Assembly: GCA_013239625.1 (NCBI GenBank)
Contig: MU054187.1
Location: forward strand, 14,046,974-14,110,973
Origin: Lama guanicoe
Lineage: Eukaryota
Direction of reading: 5' to 3'
DNA: 64,000 bases
Below the pieces are notes generated by a model that did not search any database, was not told the origin of the DNA, and was given only the letters and a program-made list of their open reading frames with translations. Position 1 is the stretch's first letter. The number at the start of each line of letters is the position of its first letter. The translations under genes were made by a program, and so were the position numbers. Positions 39,633-52,069 of the stretch are shown here, piece after piece.

Positions 39633-40484
39633 TTAGAGATTATAGATGCAAGACATACATAGTGAAGGTGCTGAATGTCAGATTGAGATGTTTGTATGAA
39701 ATTTACTAAGTAGTTACCAGCCACTGTCAGTCTTTGCTTAGAATAACCTGATGAAAATTCTGTTTTAAGAAAGTTTAACAGTAGTACAATTTTCTCACTA
39801 AATATTCACATAATATTTATTGTCAGCATTTTATAAGTGAAAAAACTGAGGCTTAGAAGGGTGAAATAACTTTCAGCACCACACAGATAATACACAATGG
39901 AGTCTGGAATAAACTCCAAAGTCAAGTTTTAAAACCACTAGATTGGATATGATGATGACAAAGAGGAAAGAGTAAAACAGTGACTTCTTAGGTTTGAAGC
40001 CGTGGTGATTGGAAGAGTATTGGGAGAGAAATAACTTCTCAAATGATCCTGTTTCAGATATCTACAAAATACATAACAAAGATTTCAATTAGTATATGGT
40101 AAAATCCAATTTCAGTAAACTAATTTCATGCTCTGTCTTGAGGTTTGTTATATTGCAGTTAAACTTTAAAAATCACTTAAGAATTCTCTTATTGTGACAC
40201 TTTATGTAAAGTTAGCTTATTTCAGCTCTTAAAATCAGGATTTTAGTAGAGAAAAGCTTCAGATGTTTTGTGGACTCATCTAGCTTTTTCTTTTTTTTAA
40301 AGTTGATTTTAATGAGGAAATTAACATAACAAATTAAGTCACTTCTCTAAACTGGTATATACAAGAGTAGTGCCTGGCCCATAGTATACACTCAGTCGAT
40401 ATTTAAAGAAATGTATTTATAAAAACTTAACACCGTAAGGTTCTCTGTAGCTTTCTAAGTTACTTTTTTTCTTTTTTTTGAAAG

Positions 40485-40606
40485 ATGCACAATTTGAAAT
40501 TGATGAACGAATTACACCGTTGGAATCAGCCCTGATGATTTGGGCTTCCATTGAAAAGGAACATGACAAGCTTCATGAAGAAATACAGAATTTAATTAAA
40601 ATTCAG
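40485..40606 (+). CDS. TERF1: TERF1 exon 3 (TRFH)
   Basis: (D)AQFEIDERITPLESALMIWASIEKEHDKLHEEIQNLIKIQ; aaag| and |gtatga; 122 nt. Confidence 0.97.
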
Positions 40607-41379
40607 GTATGAGTATCACTTTATATTTATAATTATTACTTTGCTAGAAAATACAAACATAACATTTAAAGAAATTAAGAGCCACTTAATGGAAGTTGGA
40701 TGGTAAACCTATGGTAAAATTTAATGTAATCATTCTCTTTAGAAATTTGACCTTTGGTTTATAGTCTTGACATGTAATCTGAAAGCTGGGACTTAATGTT
40801 TGCTACCTATGTGCATATTGCCCCCACTTTGGAAAATACATCTGACCTAATTAATGATCACCAAACAGCTTTCAAAAACCAGTTTGTGCTTTCCCATTTA
40901 AAGATTATCAAATGGTGAATGAATGGAATTTTGTGATTAAGAGAATGTCAAATTTTAACTGTATAGAGAGAATTTAGTAGACTTAATAAAGAGTGAGAAG
41001 CCAAGGAAAGTCATTCAAAGGAATAATAGCAGGGACAGTATGTTTTGCTAACAGGCAAAGCAAATACCCAGGATTTTCATAGTTAAATAAATTTTTCCTG
41101 ATTTTTCAAAAAAATGTCATGGTTGAGTAGGAGAAAACAGTCCAGGTAGTATTCCACCTTCACAAGAATTAATTACTGATAGTGTGGTGACTATCAGGTA
41201 GAATTAAGACCTGAAGAATGTGGTCAGAAAAATGACTGCTTTTATTAAGAACTTCAACCCAGGCAGAGATATGTCATGTTATCCCAATCTTTTGGAACTC
41301 TAGGGGAAGCAGCCCTTGTTAAAATATACTCATATAAAATTGAGTGGGGTTACCATAAAAACACATAGCAAACATGTAA

Positions 41380-41550
41380 TAATATGTTGCTTTCTATTTG
41401 CCAGATACTGTTCTAAGCACTTTCATATATAATTCTTTAATTCTCACACTACCCTAGGAAATAGGTACTTTTATTTTCACCATCGATAAGAAACTGAGGC
41501 ACCAAGAGGTTAAATAGCTTGCCCAGGTTTACAGAGCTACCCACATGATA
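41380..41550 (-). mobile_element. MIR SINE
   Basis: gccagatactgttctaagcacttt...gataagaaactgaggcacc...cttgcccagg. Confidence 0.8.
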
Positions 41551-42066
41551 ATGGTGGTCTTGTATCTTACCACATATGGTATCAAAAAGTCCAGTTTATA
41601 AAATGATTATTCAAAAGCATCTGTCTTCCTGGCTTTCTACTAGAAATTTTCCTGGGCTCCTAAGTAGCAAATTTTGTATATTCTAATCATCATAAGTGCT
41701 GTCAGTCTGCCTCCTCTCTCATTTCCCTTTTGCTCAAAATTAGTATTTTGGTGGGCCCTCAATGTACATGGTATAGCTCCTAAGTTATTTATTAACACTT
41801 GTGTTTAATTTGGCCTAAATTAGAAAGAGATAGAATGCTGGGCGTTTATTAGTAAATATTCGAGGGGCCAATGAAAAATTTTCATATCATTTCAAACAAT
41901 AGTTATTTTATCTCTGAAAAGTATTTTATATCATTTGTCAAGTCAAAATTATTAAATTGCAAAATAATATTTTAAATGACATAGTCCAGGGTTATTTCCA
42001 TGTTAAACAATTATTGGATATTTTCAAAAGCAATCTAAGGTATGTATTTGTCATCCTATCTTTTAG

Positions 42067-42153
42067 GCTATAGCTGTTTGCATGGAAAATGGAAATTTTA
42101 AGGAAGCAGAAGAAGTCTTTGAAAGAATATTTGGTGACCCAAATACTTGTACG
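42067..42153 (+). CDS. TERF1: TERF1 exon 4 (TRFH)
   Basis: AIAVCMENGNFKEAEEVFERIFGDPNTCT; ttttag| and |gtaatt; 87 nt. Confidence 0.97.
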
Positions 42154-42267
42154 GTAATTATTTAAATTAGAATCAGAATTTTAGAGCCATTTATATGGAA
42201 TAAAGAAAATTGAAAGAGAGAACATTGGAGGAGAAAAGAAATGCTTTCTCTTTTAAGTAGTATAGAG

Positions 42268-42430
42268 GAGTACTGTCCAATAGAAATACAATGCCAGTCA
42301 CATGTGATTTTAAATTTTCTAGGAGCCACATTAAAAGAGTAAAAAACAAATAAAACTAATTTTAGTACCGTTTAACCCAATATATCCAAAAACATCGTTA
42401 TTTTTGACAACCAACATAAAAAAGTATTGG
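42268..42430 (+). mobile_element. MER33-like 5' half, truncated by the inverted duplicate
   Basis: tactgtccaatagaaatacaatgccagtcacatgtgattttaaattttctaggagccacattaaaa. Confidence 0.75.
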
Positions 42431-42434
42431 TAAA

Positions 42435-42905
42435 CTGATGATTTGCAGCTCTTTTCTTCCCTGGGCTCATTTGCTGATAAGGCTGAGGATCTGGTGTACT
42501 CCAGGCAGGAGTTTTACTGGGGTAAGAGAAACAAGGAAAGCTTTTGGTGGTTTCCTTGGGACTAGCTTGGTGGATGGGAAACTAGAGGAACTGAAAACAC
42601 ATGCTTGACTTTTCCCAACAAAACATTTGCTGAATACTGGGGGCAGCGCAGGAAGCTGGGGTGGAAAGGTAGGGAAATCTCCCGAAGTTGCACAGATCTT
42701 CAGAGATCAAGTCCCTTTATGAGGAGGGAGAGCAGGGAGCCTGCCATAAACAAAAGTTTCCCCTGCAAGACATTTGCCATAAATTAAGGCTAAGTGGGAC
42801 AGGAGTTTGAAGTTAATATATGGTAGCCACTAGCTATACATAATTATTGGGCAGTTAAAGCACAGCTAGTCCAAACTGAGATGTACTTTAAGTGTAAAAT
42901 ACACA
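42435..42905 (-). repeat. Inverted repeat, right arm (471 bp; diverged extension to ~42990)
   Basis: Reverse complement of 38629-39099; weaker similarity continues to ~42990 versus ~38559. Confidence 0.96.
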
Positions 42906-43094
42906 CCAGATTCCAAAGACTTACTGCAAAAAGAAAAAAGAAAGAAAAAAGTGGTAAAATATATCATTAATACATTTTATATTGATTATAACAGTTTTTT
43001 GGTTTTGGCCAGTTTGTTGGTAAACTGGACAGTTTCAATCTGGAGAGAGATGAGGAGCTGAGCAGGCTGCTTTATCCTCATACTAAAAGACAGT

Positions 43095-43421
43095 ACAGTT
43101 GTCCCATGGTGTCTGCCAGGGATTGATTCTAGGACTCCCATTGGATACCAGAAATCCAAGGGTGCTCAAGTTCCTTATATGAAATGGTATATAATGGTAT
43201 TTGCATATAACCTGTACACATCTTCTCCTATACTTTAAATCATCTCTAGATTGCTTACAATACCTAGTACAATGTAAATGCTATCTAAATAATTGCCACC
43301 ATGTGGCAAATTCAAGTTTTGCTTTTTGGAACCTCCTGGAATTTCTTCTTCCCAAATATTTTTGAACTGCAGTTGGTTGAATCCCAAGATTTGAAATCCA
43401 GGATACAGAAGGCTGACTGTA
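43095..43421 (+). mobile_element. MER2-like Tigger MITE
   Basis: TA-cagttgtccc...ggctgactg-TA; gctcaagttccttatatgaaatgg...atttgcatataacct. Confidence 0.8.
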
Positions 43422-43492
43422 CAAAAAAGGGAGTGCAAAATATCTCACTAATACTGATTCATGCATTAATATGTTTCTTCTGTTTTCCTTAG

Positions 43493-43642
43493 CCTTTAAA
43501 AAGGAAACTGCTTATGATAATCTCTCAGAAAGATACATTCCATTCCTTTTTTCAACACTTCAGCTACAACCACATGATGGAGAAAATTAAGAGTTATGTG
43601 AATTATGTGCTAAATGAAAAATCGTCCACCTTTCTAATGAAG
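43493..43642 (+). CDS. TERF1: TERF1 exon 5 (TRFH)
   Basis: PLKRKLLMIISQKDTFHSFFQHFSYNHMMEKIKSYVNYVLNEKSSTFLMK; ccttag| and |gtatgc; 150 nt. Confidence 0.97.
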
Positions 43643-44340
43643 GTATGCGTATTTCAGAGAGATTCTAAACGTAGACTTAGGAGAAACTGTTACAAGAAAG
43701 GAGAATGCTTGAAATAGAAATCCTTAAAAACTAATCAGAATTTTATTTAGTGATTTTATAGAAGAACGTGGCAAAATGTTAAAAATAGTGAATCTAAAGG
43801 ATTTATTGGTGATCTTTGTAATATTTTTATTTTTCAAAATGAAAAGTTGAGGGGAAAACTTACCAAAATAAATTAGGAAGTAAATGAAAAGAAATAATTC
43901 GTTTTAATTTAATTAAATTTAAAAGAAGTTTTTAGCGTATTTTTGAGAAAAGTCAAGTTGGACTGAAGGACAGTTAAAATTTTTTTTGTATAACATTTTA
44001 TCCTGTCTTAGCCTCAGAAAGTTTTAACTTAATATGTTATAGTGGAGCATTGATTAATTTGAGGTAGTTTTATTTTTTAAATACCTGGAATTTTATTTTA
44101 AAGTGACATTTTATTCTAAAATTGCCTAGACAGCATTGTGTGTATTAAATACTTTTATAAGGAAAGCCCTTCTCCATGATGCTTATAAACCAAGTATGCA
44201 GCTGATGGTGATGTCATAGTTACTGGGAAATAATAATGCACTGTCCTTTATTGACCTGTGAACAGATATTAGGTTATGATTGTCAAAGAACCAGAAGGCT
44301 TAAATGCATTTCTTCCTCTCCCACAACCCCCCTTTTTAAG

Positions 44341-44450
44341 GCTGCAGCAAAAGTAGTGGAAAGTAAAAGAGCAAGAACAACTTCTCAAGATAAATCTAAT
44401 GGTGATGATGTTGAAATGGAAACTGAAGCTAATTTGGATATAGGAAAAAG
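44341..44450 (+). CDS. TERF1: TERF1 exon 6 (end of TRFH, hinge)
   Basis: AAAKVVESKRARTTSQDKSNGDDVEMETEANLDIGK; tttaag| and |gtttgt; 110 nt. Confidence 0.95.
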
Positions 44451-44969
44451 GTTTGTGAGTTAATATATTTTTGTCTTATGGATGTAGTAGCTATATCAAA
44501 GTGATGCTAGTGAGCCATTATTAATAAAAATAATTTTTGAGTAGTAGGTGTATTGTCTTACTGATGATTAACATTTTGATATTTCGAAGTACTATAGAGT
44601 TACTTCATGGCTTATGCAAATTCTGTTATGTATGCTAAGCAAAAGTAGAGAGAAAATAGTACTGTTTAAACAGTGTAGTCATATTTACCATTCTCAGGGA
44701 GCATATGCTCTGGAGCAGCGTTGAGGTTGAAAGTGTGACTCCTGTGCCCCTTAGTTCTCAGATCCTACATGCCCTCATGTGACTGTTTTACTGGACTGAG
44801 GGTTATTCTAATATTTTTAAATATTCATATGTCTTCTCTGAGGGTAAGCTAACTGTTTCATCTGGTTCTGAAACGAAGAAACTGTGACTTGCTCCAGTGC
44901 CAGAGGGCAACAGGCTGTGTCTGTCCTACATGTTGAGAGACAGGAGTTCAGTCTCCCTGATTATTTCTT

Positions 44970-45100
44970 GGTGGAGGATCAGCGGTAGAGTGCATGCTTA
45001 GTAAGCACAGGGTCCTAGGTTCAATCCCCAGTACCTCCATTAAAAATAAATAAATAAACCGAATTACCTCCCCCAAAAATTAATTTAAAAAATAAACTGT
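44970..45100 (+). mobile_element. tRNA-derived SINE (Vic-1-like)
   Basis: ggtagagtgcatgcttagtaagcacagggtcctaggttcaatccccagtacctcc plus tail; attatttctt flanks. Confidence 0.85.
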
Positions 45101-45789
45101 AATAAAATTATTTCTTTAGGAATTGCCAAGGGTAAATTTTACAGGGTTGACTTTTACCTTTTTCTTTAGCTTTAGAAACTAACCCCTATTGAAGAAGATA
45201 AACTCTACCATTTTAAACATTATAAAGTTATTTTCTCTTGAACCTATGGTCCATTTCCTCTATTCATCCATCCTTAAACCAAAACCAAATAGTCAAATCC
45301 TTATGGTCTCTGGATGGATGTATTTGGCAATGGATGTATTATTACTCTAAGTCTTCCATGACTTAAACGCTGCAAGTCCTCATTTTAACTACTTTTTGAG
45401 AGGTGGGGATTCGAGGTTGAGTTGAATGAACATGGTATTGGTCACACTTCAGGACTGAGATCAGTCTCCGTACAGTTCTTCTTGTCCCTGCCTATCAGAG
45501 CTTAATCTGCTTGCTCCTCACTGCTTCATCTCCCCAAGGGCTCTACTGAAGTCTTATTTCTCATTGACTTACTTATTTCTAAGACCCATTTTGAGATGTA
45601 GAGATTTCATTTATATTGGCTCAGTTTTTAGTTATTTCATTTTGTTTAGGAAATCAAAGTTTAGTAATACTAAGACCCAGTACATTCTGTGGCCCAGCCT
45701 TGTGCCCAGTGTAGTAGTGCTTTAACATAAAATAAAATTCAAACTTACCGTGATTATTGTGGATAATGAACATATTTCCTATGTACTAT

Positions 45790-46580
45790 TCTAATATAAT
45801 ACTACCCACTTATTTCAAGTGCCCTTCTAGACACGTACACAGTTCCATCAGGGTGTGTAAAAACAGAACTCTCGTTCTCACGTGTCTCTGTGTACCCTGG
45901 CTCTCCTTTACCTCACACATCCAGTTATCTCCCCAAGTGTTAGGAATTTCATCTCAGAAATGCCTCTTTAATGCATTCTTATCATCTGTGTCCTGGATCA
46001 TTACTTAGCTTTGTACCGCACAAATCCATCTTTGACTTGACTTCCAGAGTTAGCTTCCTATAAAAATAAATCTGTTTAACTCAGTTCCCAGCTAAATAAC
46101 TTAATAATTGGTTTTCTGTTTCCTACTTGATGAATAGATTGTATTGCATGGCTTACAAAGCCTTACTTAGCTCCTTTCTGGTTTTGTTTTCATATACACT
46201 TTGTCCCTAAGCATTAACCCCTTCCTGCCCACATACATGGCACTTTCTAGCAATATAACTTCTCTCTGACTTTCAAATATTATGAGCTCTTTCAAGCCTT
46301 GACTCTGCTTCAGTTTTGAATTTTCTTCTTTTTATTCTCTTCAAGATCTCACTTGCCATTCAAGGTCCAGCTCAGAGATCACCTCTAGAAGTCTTACTAA
46401 GTTCTCTGATCAGAGCTGTCACTTCTGTGCTCTCACAGCACTGAGTCATACCTCTAGAAAGGACTTATCTTGAATAGTAACATATCTGTTTACCTGTTTC
46501 TATCTCACTAGATTGAGAATTCTTTGAAGGTTCTTCATTAGCTCTGTATTCTTGGTGCCTAATTCATTACCAGGCATACA
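45790..46580 (+). mobile_element. Degenerate L2 fragments
   Basis: cattcaaggtccagctcagagatcacctct...ctagattgagaattctttgaagg. Confidence 0.6.
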
Positions 46581-47472
46581 TTAGAACTTACATTGCATTA
46601 GACACAGAGAACAAAACCAAAACTTAGAGACAAAGTAAAGATCAAGAATCAAGCATATATCAAAACCAGCCTGGGAATCAGGGCAAATCATCAAATTCAC
46701 CAGTTTCAAGGAAAGAATCAGTAGGAGGCAAGTGAAGAAGGATAGAGTTGGAAGTGTGATTTTTGAGGTCAAATGGCTGGAAAAGATGAAACCCGTCACG
46801 TTAACAACACTAGATGAAATACATATTTTGTTCTGATAAAGTTTATAAAGTATTTGAAGCAATAAAAAGTATAGATTGGAAACAGTAGGAGACATTACAT
46901 AATTTGTTGTTAAAGTTTATAGAGAGGCTCAAATGCTAAGAAGTTGAAATGGACAGCTTCACCCAAGTGTCACCATTGAGCTGGCCTTGAAGGATGGTTA
47001 AGATTTTTTACAGGTGAATAGAAGACAAAATGTCTTTCCAGGAAAGAGGAATAGTTCCAGTGAAGGCATAGAGGTGCAAATGGTCGTACTGTGTTTGTTG
47101 GAGCTAATTGTAACAATAACAAAGGGGAAGAATTTTATAAGTTCAGTTGGAGACTGCTGGGGAACACAAGAAATTAAATTTGATTTCACAGTAATATCCG
47201 TAAGAGAGTTTTTGAAAAAGTGACGTGAATGCTCAGTTGCAGCATTAACTCTGCTGAACTTATGTTTAGGGAAGCTTGATTTAATGACTCTGGTAAACAC
47301 ATCTGGGCAAAAATTAGCCATGTTGTAATGGACTGTAAAGGTCCTAATTTTACCGGTGTTTATTTCCAAAGAACTTTTTATAAATTGAAATATGACTTGA
47401 CTATATGGAAAGTACTATCTTATGAAAAGTTTCTTCTATTTACATTCTTACAAATGTTTTCTTCTTTTAAAG

Positions 47473-47532
47473 TGTTAGTGACAAACAGTCTGCGGTAACT
47501 GAATCCTCAGGGGATACAGTATCCTTATTGAG
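47473..47532 (+). CDS. TERF1: TERF1 exon 7, 60-nt cassette (the exon skipped in human PIN2)
   Basis: (S)VSDKQSAVTESSGDTVSLL(R); ttaaag| and weak |gtgaag donor; frame-neutral. Confidence 0.92.
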
Positions 47533-49033
47533 GTGAAGTAAATTGACATTTTATTTTCTCTGTTTTTAAAATCTTTGAAGCAATTCATGCAAATCTAGAT
47601 TGGCTATAAAAAGTGCCATGCAGATGGTATGATGTGAAGAATATCTCAGGGTCCTCCTTATTTCAGTAGATTTTTAAGACCCTGATGATGTGTCTTGAAT
47701 ACCATGCAGTGGAGACCTGCCTCTGGGATCCTGGGTGGTTTCACATCGTTTCTACAAAGAATACACGTGGAGAGAGTACTTTAACTTAAAGTGATATTTA
47801 GTAAACTCTCACTCTGTCAGAAACAAGGATATGATGCTGGGGCAGGAAGGGAATGGAGGTTTCATTTCTGATGAATGTCCCAAATTCTTACCTCATCAGA
47901 TTGCTTAAAAGACACTATAGCTTACTAGAAATGCTATGACAGACAGTATAACATGTTCAGAGATCAAAAAGTCTGCCTGAATGATTTCCGAGGGTAGCAC
48001 AGTTGGGATGCTAAATGAACCATGGCAAGGGGTGGCTGACTTGGTGTGAAGGAGGTCACTGGAAATGAGTTGACAGGCCAGGATGTTATATGGTTTATCC
48101 ATGAAAACACTGAAATAATTCATGGAAATGGCAGTACTTGGGGGTAGAGAAAGATTTGTGAATGGTGGGAAGTGTTTGGAAGGATAGTGAATGATTCTGG
48201 AGCATGGTAGATGGTGATACACTCCTGTGGCATGAATCCTCACAGGCTAAGATTTCTATGGAAACAGGATCCTGAAAGTGGCATAAATTAAGAAATGAAA
48301 AGTATAGAGAGCCATCCCGAGCCATCCCTGGGACCCTGCAGTTCATGGAAGGTGGAAGATGAAGCTAATCTCTACTTGAGGAGGTCACAAGAGAGAGAAG
48401 TACTGTCCACAGGGGAGAGCTAAACTTTAGACAAGGCGAAGAGGTGAAGAGGTTGAGAATGGCATTCCAGAGGACGCAGTAGCAAGCTTTGGGAGGGAGG
48501 GCAGGCACCAGCAGGTCGCGTAGAGCACTCGTGGGAGCAAAGGTGTAGGTTTCCGGTGGTGATGAAATAGCTGCCTAAGCTTAGGTGAGCTGCTTCTTTC
48601 ACTTCAGTTTACTTCTTTATAAAACGGGAATAATACCAAGTTTGCAAGGTTGTCAGAAAATTCTACCACATCCTGTATGTCCAAACAATTTTAACCTTTC
48701 AAAAAAGCCCTATTTGGAATCTGTAAAGATAAACAGGTGATACCTGCCATCATTTATAAAGGAATTTGAGGATTTCTCTAATTGGATGACCAAAAGAATC
48801 TTAATTTCTAAGTAGATGAGATGGAGAAAATAAGTGATGGGAGAGAGGGAAGTCTGACAACAAGTATCTTAGAGGCCGGAGATTAAGGTGGACACTAAGC
48901 AAGGAGAGTACCGAAGGAAGCAGGCCAAAGTAGAAAGGGGTCCTAGACAGAGATGGAGACAAACCATCTACCTTTTTTCCATAACTTTTCTACTCTTTGC
49001 AGAACAAATGACAAGCTTTCATGTTTCATTTAG

Positions 49034-49122
49034 GTCTCACAAAAATCTCTTATCTAAGTTGAAACGTGGAAGCCAACAACAAGATATTAATAAGAAAGAG
49101 GAAAGAGGGGAAACTCTTCAGA
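49034..49122 (+). CDS. TERF1: TERF1 exon 8 (hinge)
   Basis: (R)SHKNLLSKLKRGSQQQDINKKEERGETLQ; atttag| and |gtaagt; 89 nt. Confidence 0.95.
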
Positions 49123-49469
49123 GTAAGTACACTCATTACAGTTTTGGGAGTGGAGAATTGATGTGTCCTTGAAAGTAATCCAACCCTTGACCTCACACCA
49201 CAGCACACAGACATACTTCAGAAAACGAAAGCACAAAGAGATTAATAAATGTCATGACTTCACAGAGTTAACTAGAGATGGTACCAATTTTAAAAGTTAG
49301 CTCTTCTGACTGCCTAGCTTAGCGTGCTTTTGCCATGCTTACCTTAACTTTATTTGGCAACTTAGGCTAGTTCTTTACCTGAAACAAAATATAATTGATT
49401 CTTTTTATTTTTTGCAATGTTCCGTAAAGTCATCATGACACTTAATCAGTGAATCCAGAACAATTACAG

Positions 49470-50030
49470 AGGAATACCGGGTTGGGTTCTTTTGAGCCTC
49501 TGGTTACATTTTTATCAACTATTCAATAAATAACCTTGTTTTATGTGTTTCTGTTTAAAGACACTATTTAATATATGTTGTTGATTCATTAACATTGAAC
49601 TCATGGCCAACACCACTATAACTCATGCCTGAATGAAGCTTATGTAACACACATTTTCTCTGCAAGGAACTTCGTATATAGCCTTCTTCCACTTAGGAAC
49701 ACTAGAGGGGACTTCCACAATACACTTGGGGGCCATTTTAAACAGCAAAGTTTCCCCAGAAAAGCACAAAAATATGGCACTAAGTAGACTGTAAAAAGAA
49801 CAGTTATTTCTAGGGTGGAAGCTGAAACAGGAAAGCAGAGTTTCACCTTGTTTGACCTCAGCTGGGAACATGCACGTTGGGTAACTCAGCTCAAATTTTT
49901 TGCCACTCTCTGCATGTCTACCAGTGACCACAAAAACACTGCAAGTGTTGATTTTTGAGTTACAGCTTTTAGCAAGTAGGTGAATTTGCAAATACCAGGA
50001 TCCATGAATATAATGAGGATTGACTGTATA
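49470..50030 (-). mobile_element. MER82-like Tigger element
   Basis: Ends gcaagtaggtgaatttgcaaatacc...aatgaggattgactgta. Confidence 0.75.
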
Positions 50031-52069
50031 TAGAATCTGGCTACCCTCCTCATTGCATTTATAATTTATTATCCTTACAAAAGGCATGGCTGGATTTAAA
50101 AAACAAGCAACAATAACCCAAACAAAAAAATCTTAGAAGTGGTCCCTAATTATTTTCTATTATAATTTGATTATAAGTTCCTCCTTAGTATATATTCATG
50201 CAATAAATGTCTATTGAACTCATTCTGTGTCTAATGCAGGGATTTTTAAAGCTTACTGATTCAAATCTAAATACTTACTCATCGATATAAAAATAATAGA
50301 TGTACCAATCTGATGACAGGCTCATAGTAGGTCTGCAGTAAATAATAATTGAAAAAATTTATTCATAGCTGATGGCTGATGATAGGGCCGCTGTTAGCTA
50401 TTATGTGTAAGTTACAGTTCTAAAACATTTATACCCATAGATATTATCATCATCCTCACTTTAAAGATAGTAAAGTTAAATTCAAAGAAATATTTGCTTC
50501 ATGTTGGAGTTCCTAGCTGCAAAACGGCTAGGAATCATAATTCTAAACTAAAATAATTTGGAGATTTTCCTGCATTTGTAATTTCATCATACAAAATTCA
50601 AAGAAATGAAAGCTACACCTTTCTGCACTCTTGAAGATCAGTAGTTAAACTGATGAAGACCATAATTTTATTGGAGAGTGTCTTGACGGTGACTATAGAT
50701 AAGCCTAGAAGATCTTATGAGTTTTAGTACATTTCTTAACTTTTTGTTAGATATTAGTAATATATAAATATGTGTTCCAAAAAATTCCAAGTTGTTTAAA
50801 TGGTGCCCAGGTATCCTCTTGTTACAAATAGAGGATATCAGTTTTGTTTGTGGTAAACATTTAAAAAAATTTTTTAAACATCTTTAAAATTTTTTTTTCA
50901 GATTTGTAAAATCGCCATAGACTTTAAGAAAGAAACAAGTAATTAGAAAAGTTGAAAGAAAAAAGATCACATAAATTCTTTCAGTGCAGAAAAATCTCAG
51001 CAGCATTCAGTGAAATGATGATTAATATTTGAGTTAAATGCATTTTATCTATAAACTTAACCCTCAAAACAGTCTGGAGTCGTGCTTTTTTTTTTTTTAA
51101 ATCACTCCCATTTTACAGATGAAGAAGCCAAGACAAAAGGAGGTTAAATAAAAAGCCGTTGGTCACATAGATTGTGAACTGGAACCAGACCCAGAATTTG
51201 AAGTCAGACATTTCTGACTTAACAGCCTATGTCCTTTAATGCTGAGAAAGACCGTCTCAATGGAAGAATAGACAGAATCATAACAAATAAAATTTATAAA
51301 AATGTGATGAGGTTACATGTTTTACTTTAAAATATATTTACATTTATGTTTTGAAAGGTGATACTGAAGAATTTAGTGAGCTTCAGGTAAATGCTATTTC
51401 ATAAAAAATATATCAATAAACTATAAGATTCCTCCAAAATGAAGAATAAGTAATATGAAGTGTTTTGGGAGGTTGGATCAGGTTGCTTCTATAACTGTCA
51501 GATTTAAACTTTAAACTACTAATTGATTTTAGCTGTAAATGGTGAGATTAAGCAAAAAATCTCTCCCACGCATTCTCAATTTTCTTTTTGGTAATATTTT
51601 ATATGATCAAATTTTATAATAGTCTGTTTTCTAGCCATAATTCTCATAGTAGTTTAATCTGTATTTAAATTGATTATTGCTCATCACTAACCCTTTGGTT
51701 AGGATTTTTCTGCCTTTAACTCTTCATTTTGATTTATTTCTTGTTTGACTGGGTTTTTAAAACCTTGCCAGGTCCCAGAGTCAGTGCACTGGGCCCAGGT
51801 GAATGGTGCAGGCAGTAAGTTGTACTGAAAGGAGGAACTTGGGACCAAGGGCACATTTTGAGTAAGTAGCAAAACACTGTAGCAAAGAGTCCAGTTCCCT
51901 TCCCCAGGAGAGAGTAGTTATGCAGTGGCCAGGCTGGGGTTCCCTTGGCTCACTTAGGCGCCCGATTAACTGCAGAAACTGTTTAATATCAGGAAGTGAC
52001 TAGCCTTGTACATTAACCAAGAGCTGCAGGGATGCTTAGGGCCCATGGTGGACTACCTCTTCCTCACAC

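Noticed and set aside
38747..42787. Identical 60-aa ORF on both strands as a duplicated small gene
   Set aside because: Non-ATG start, no recognisable homology; a by-product of the inverted repeat
23352..47594. Scattered ATGCAAAT octamers as OCT4 sites
   Set aside because: About the number expected by chance in AT-rich 64 kb; no clustering seen
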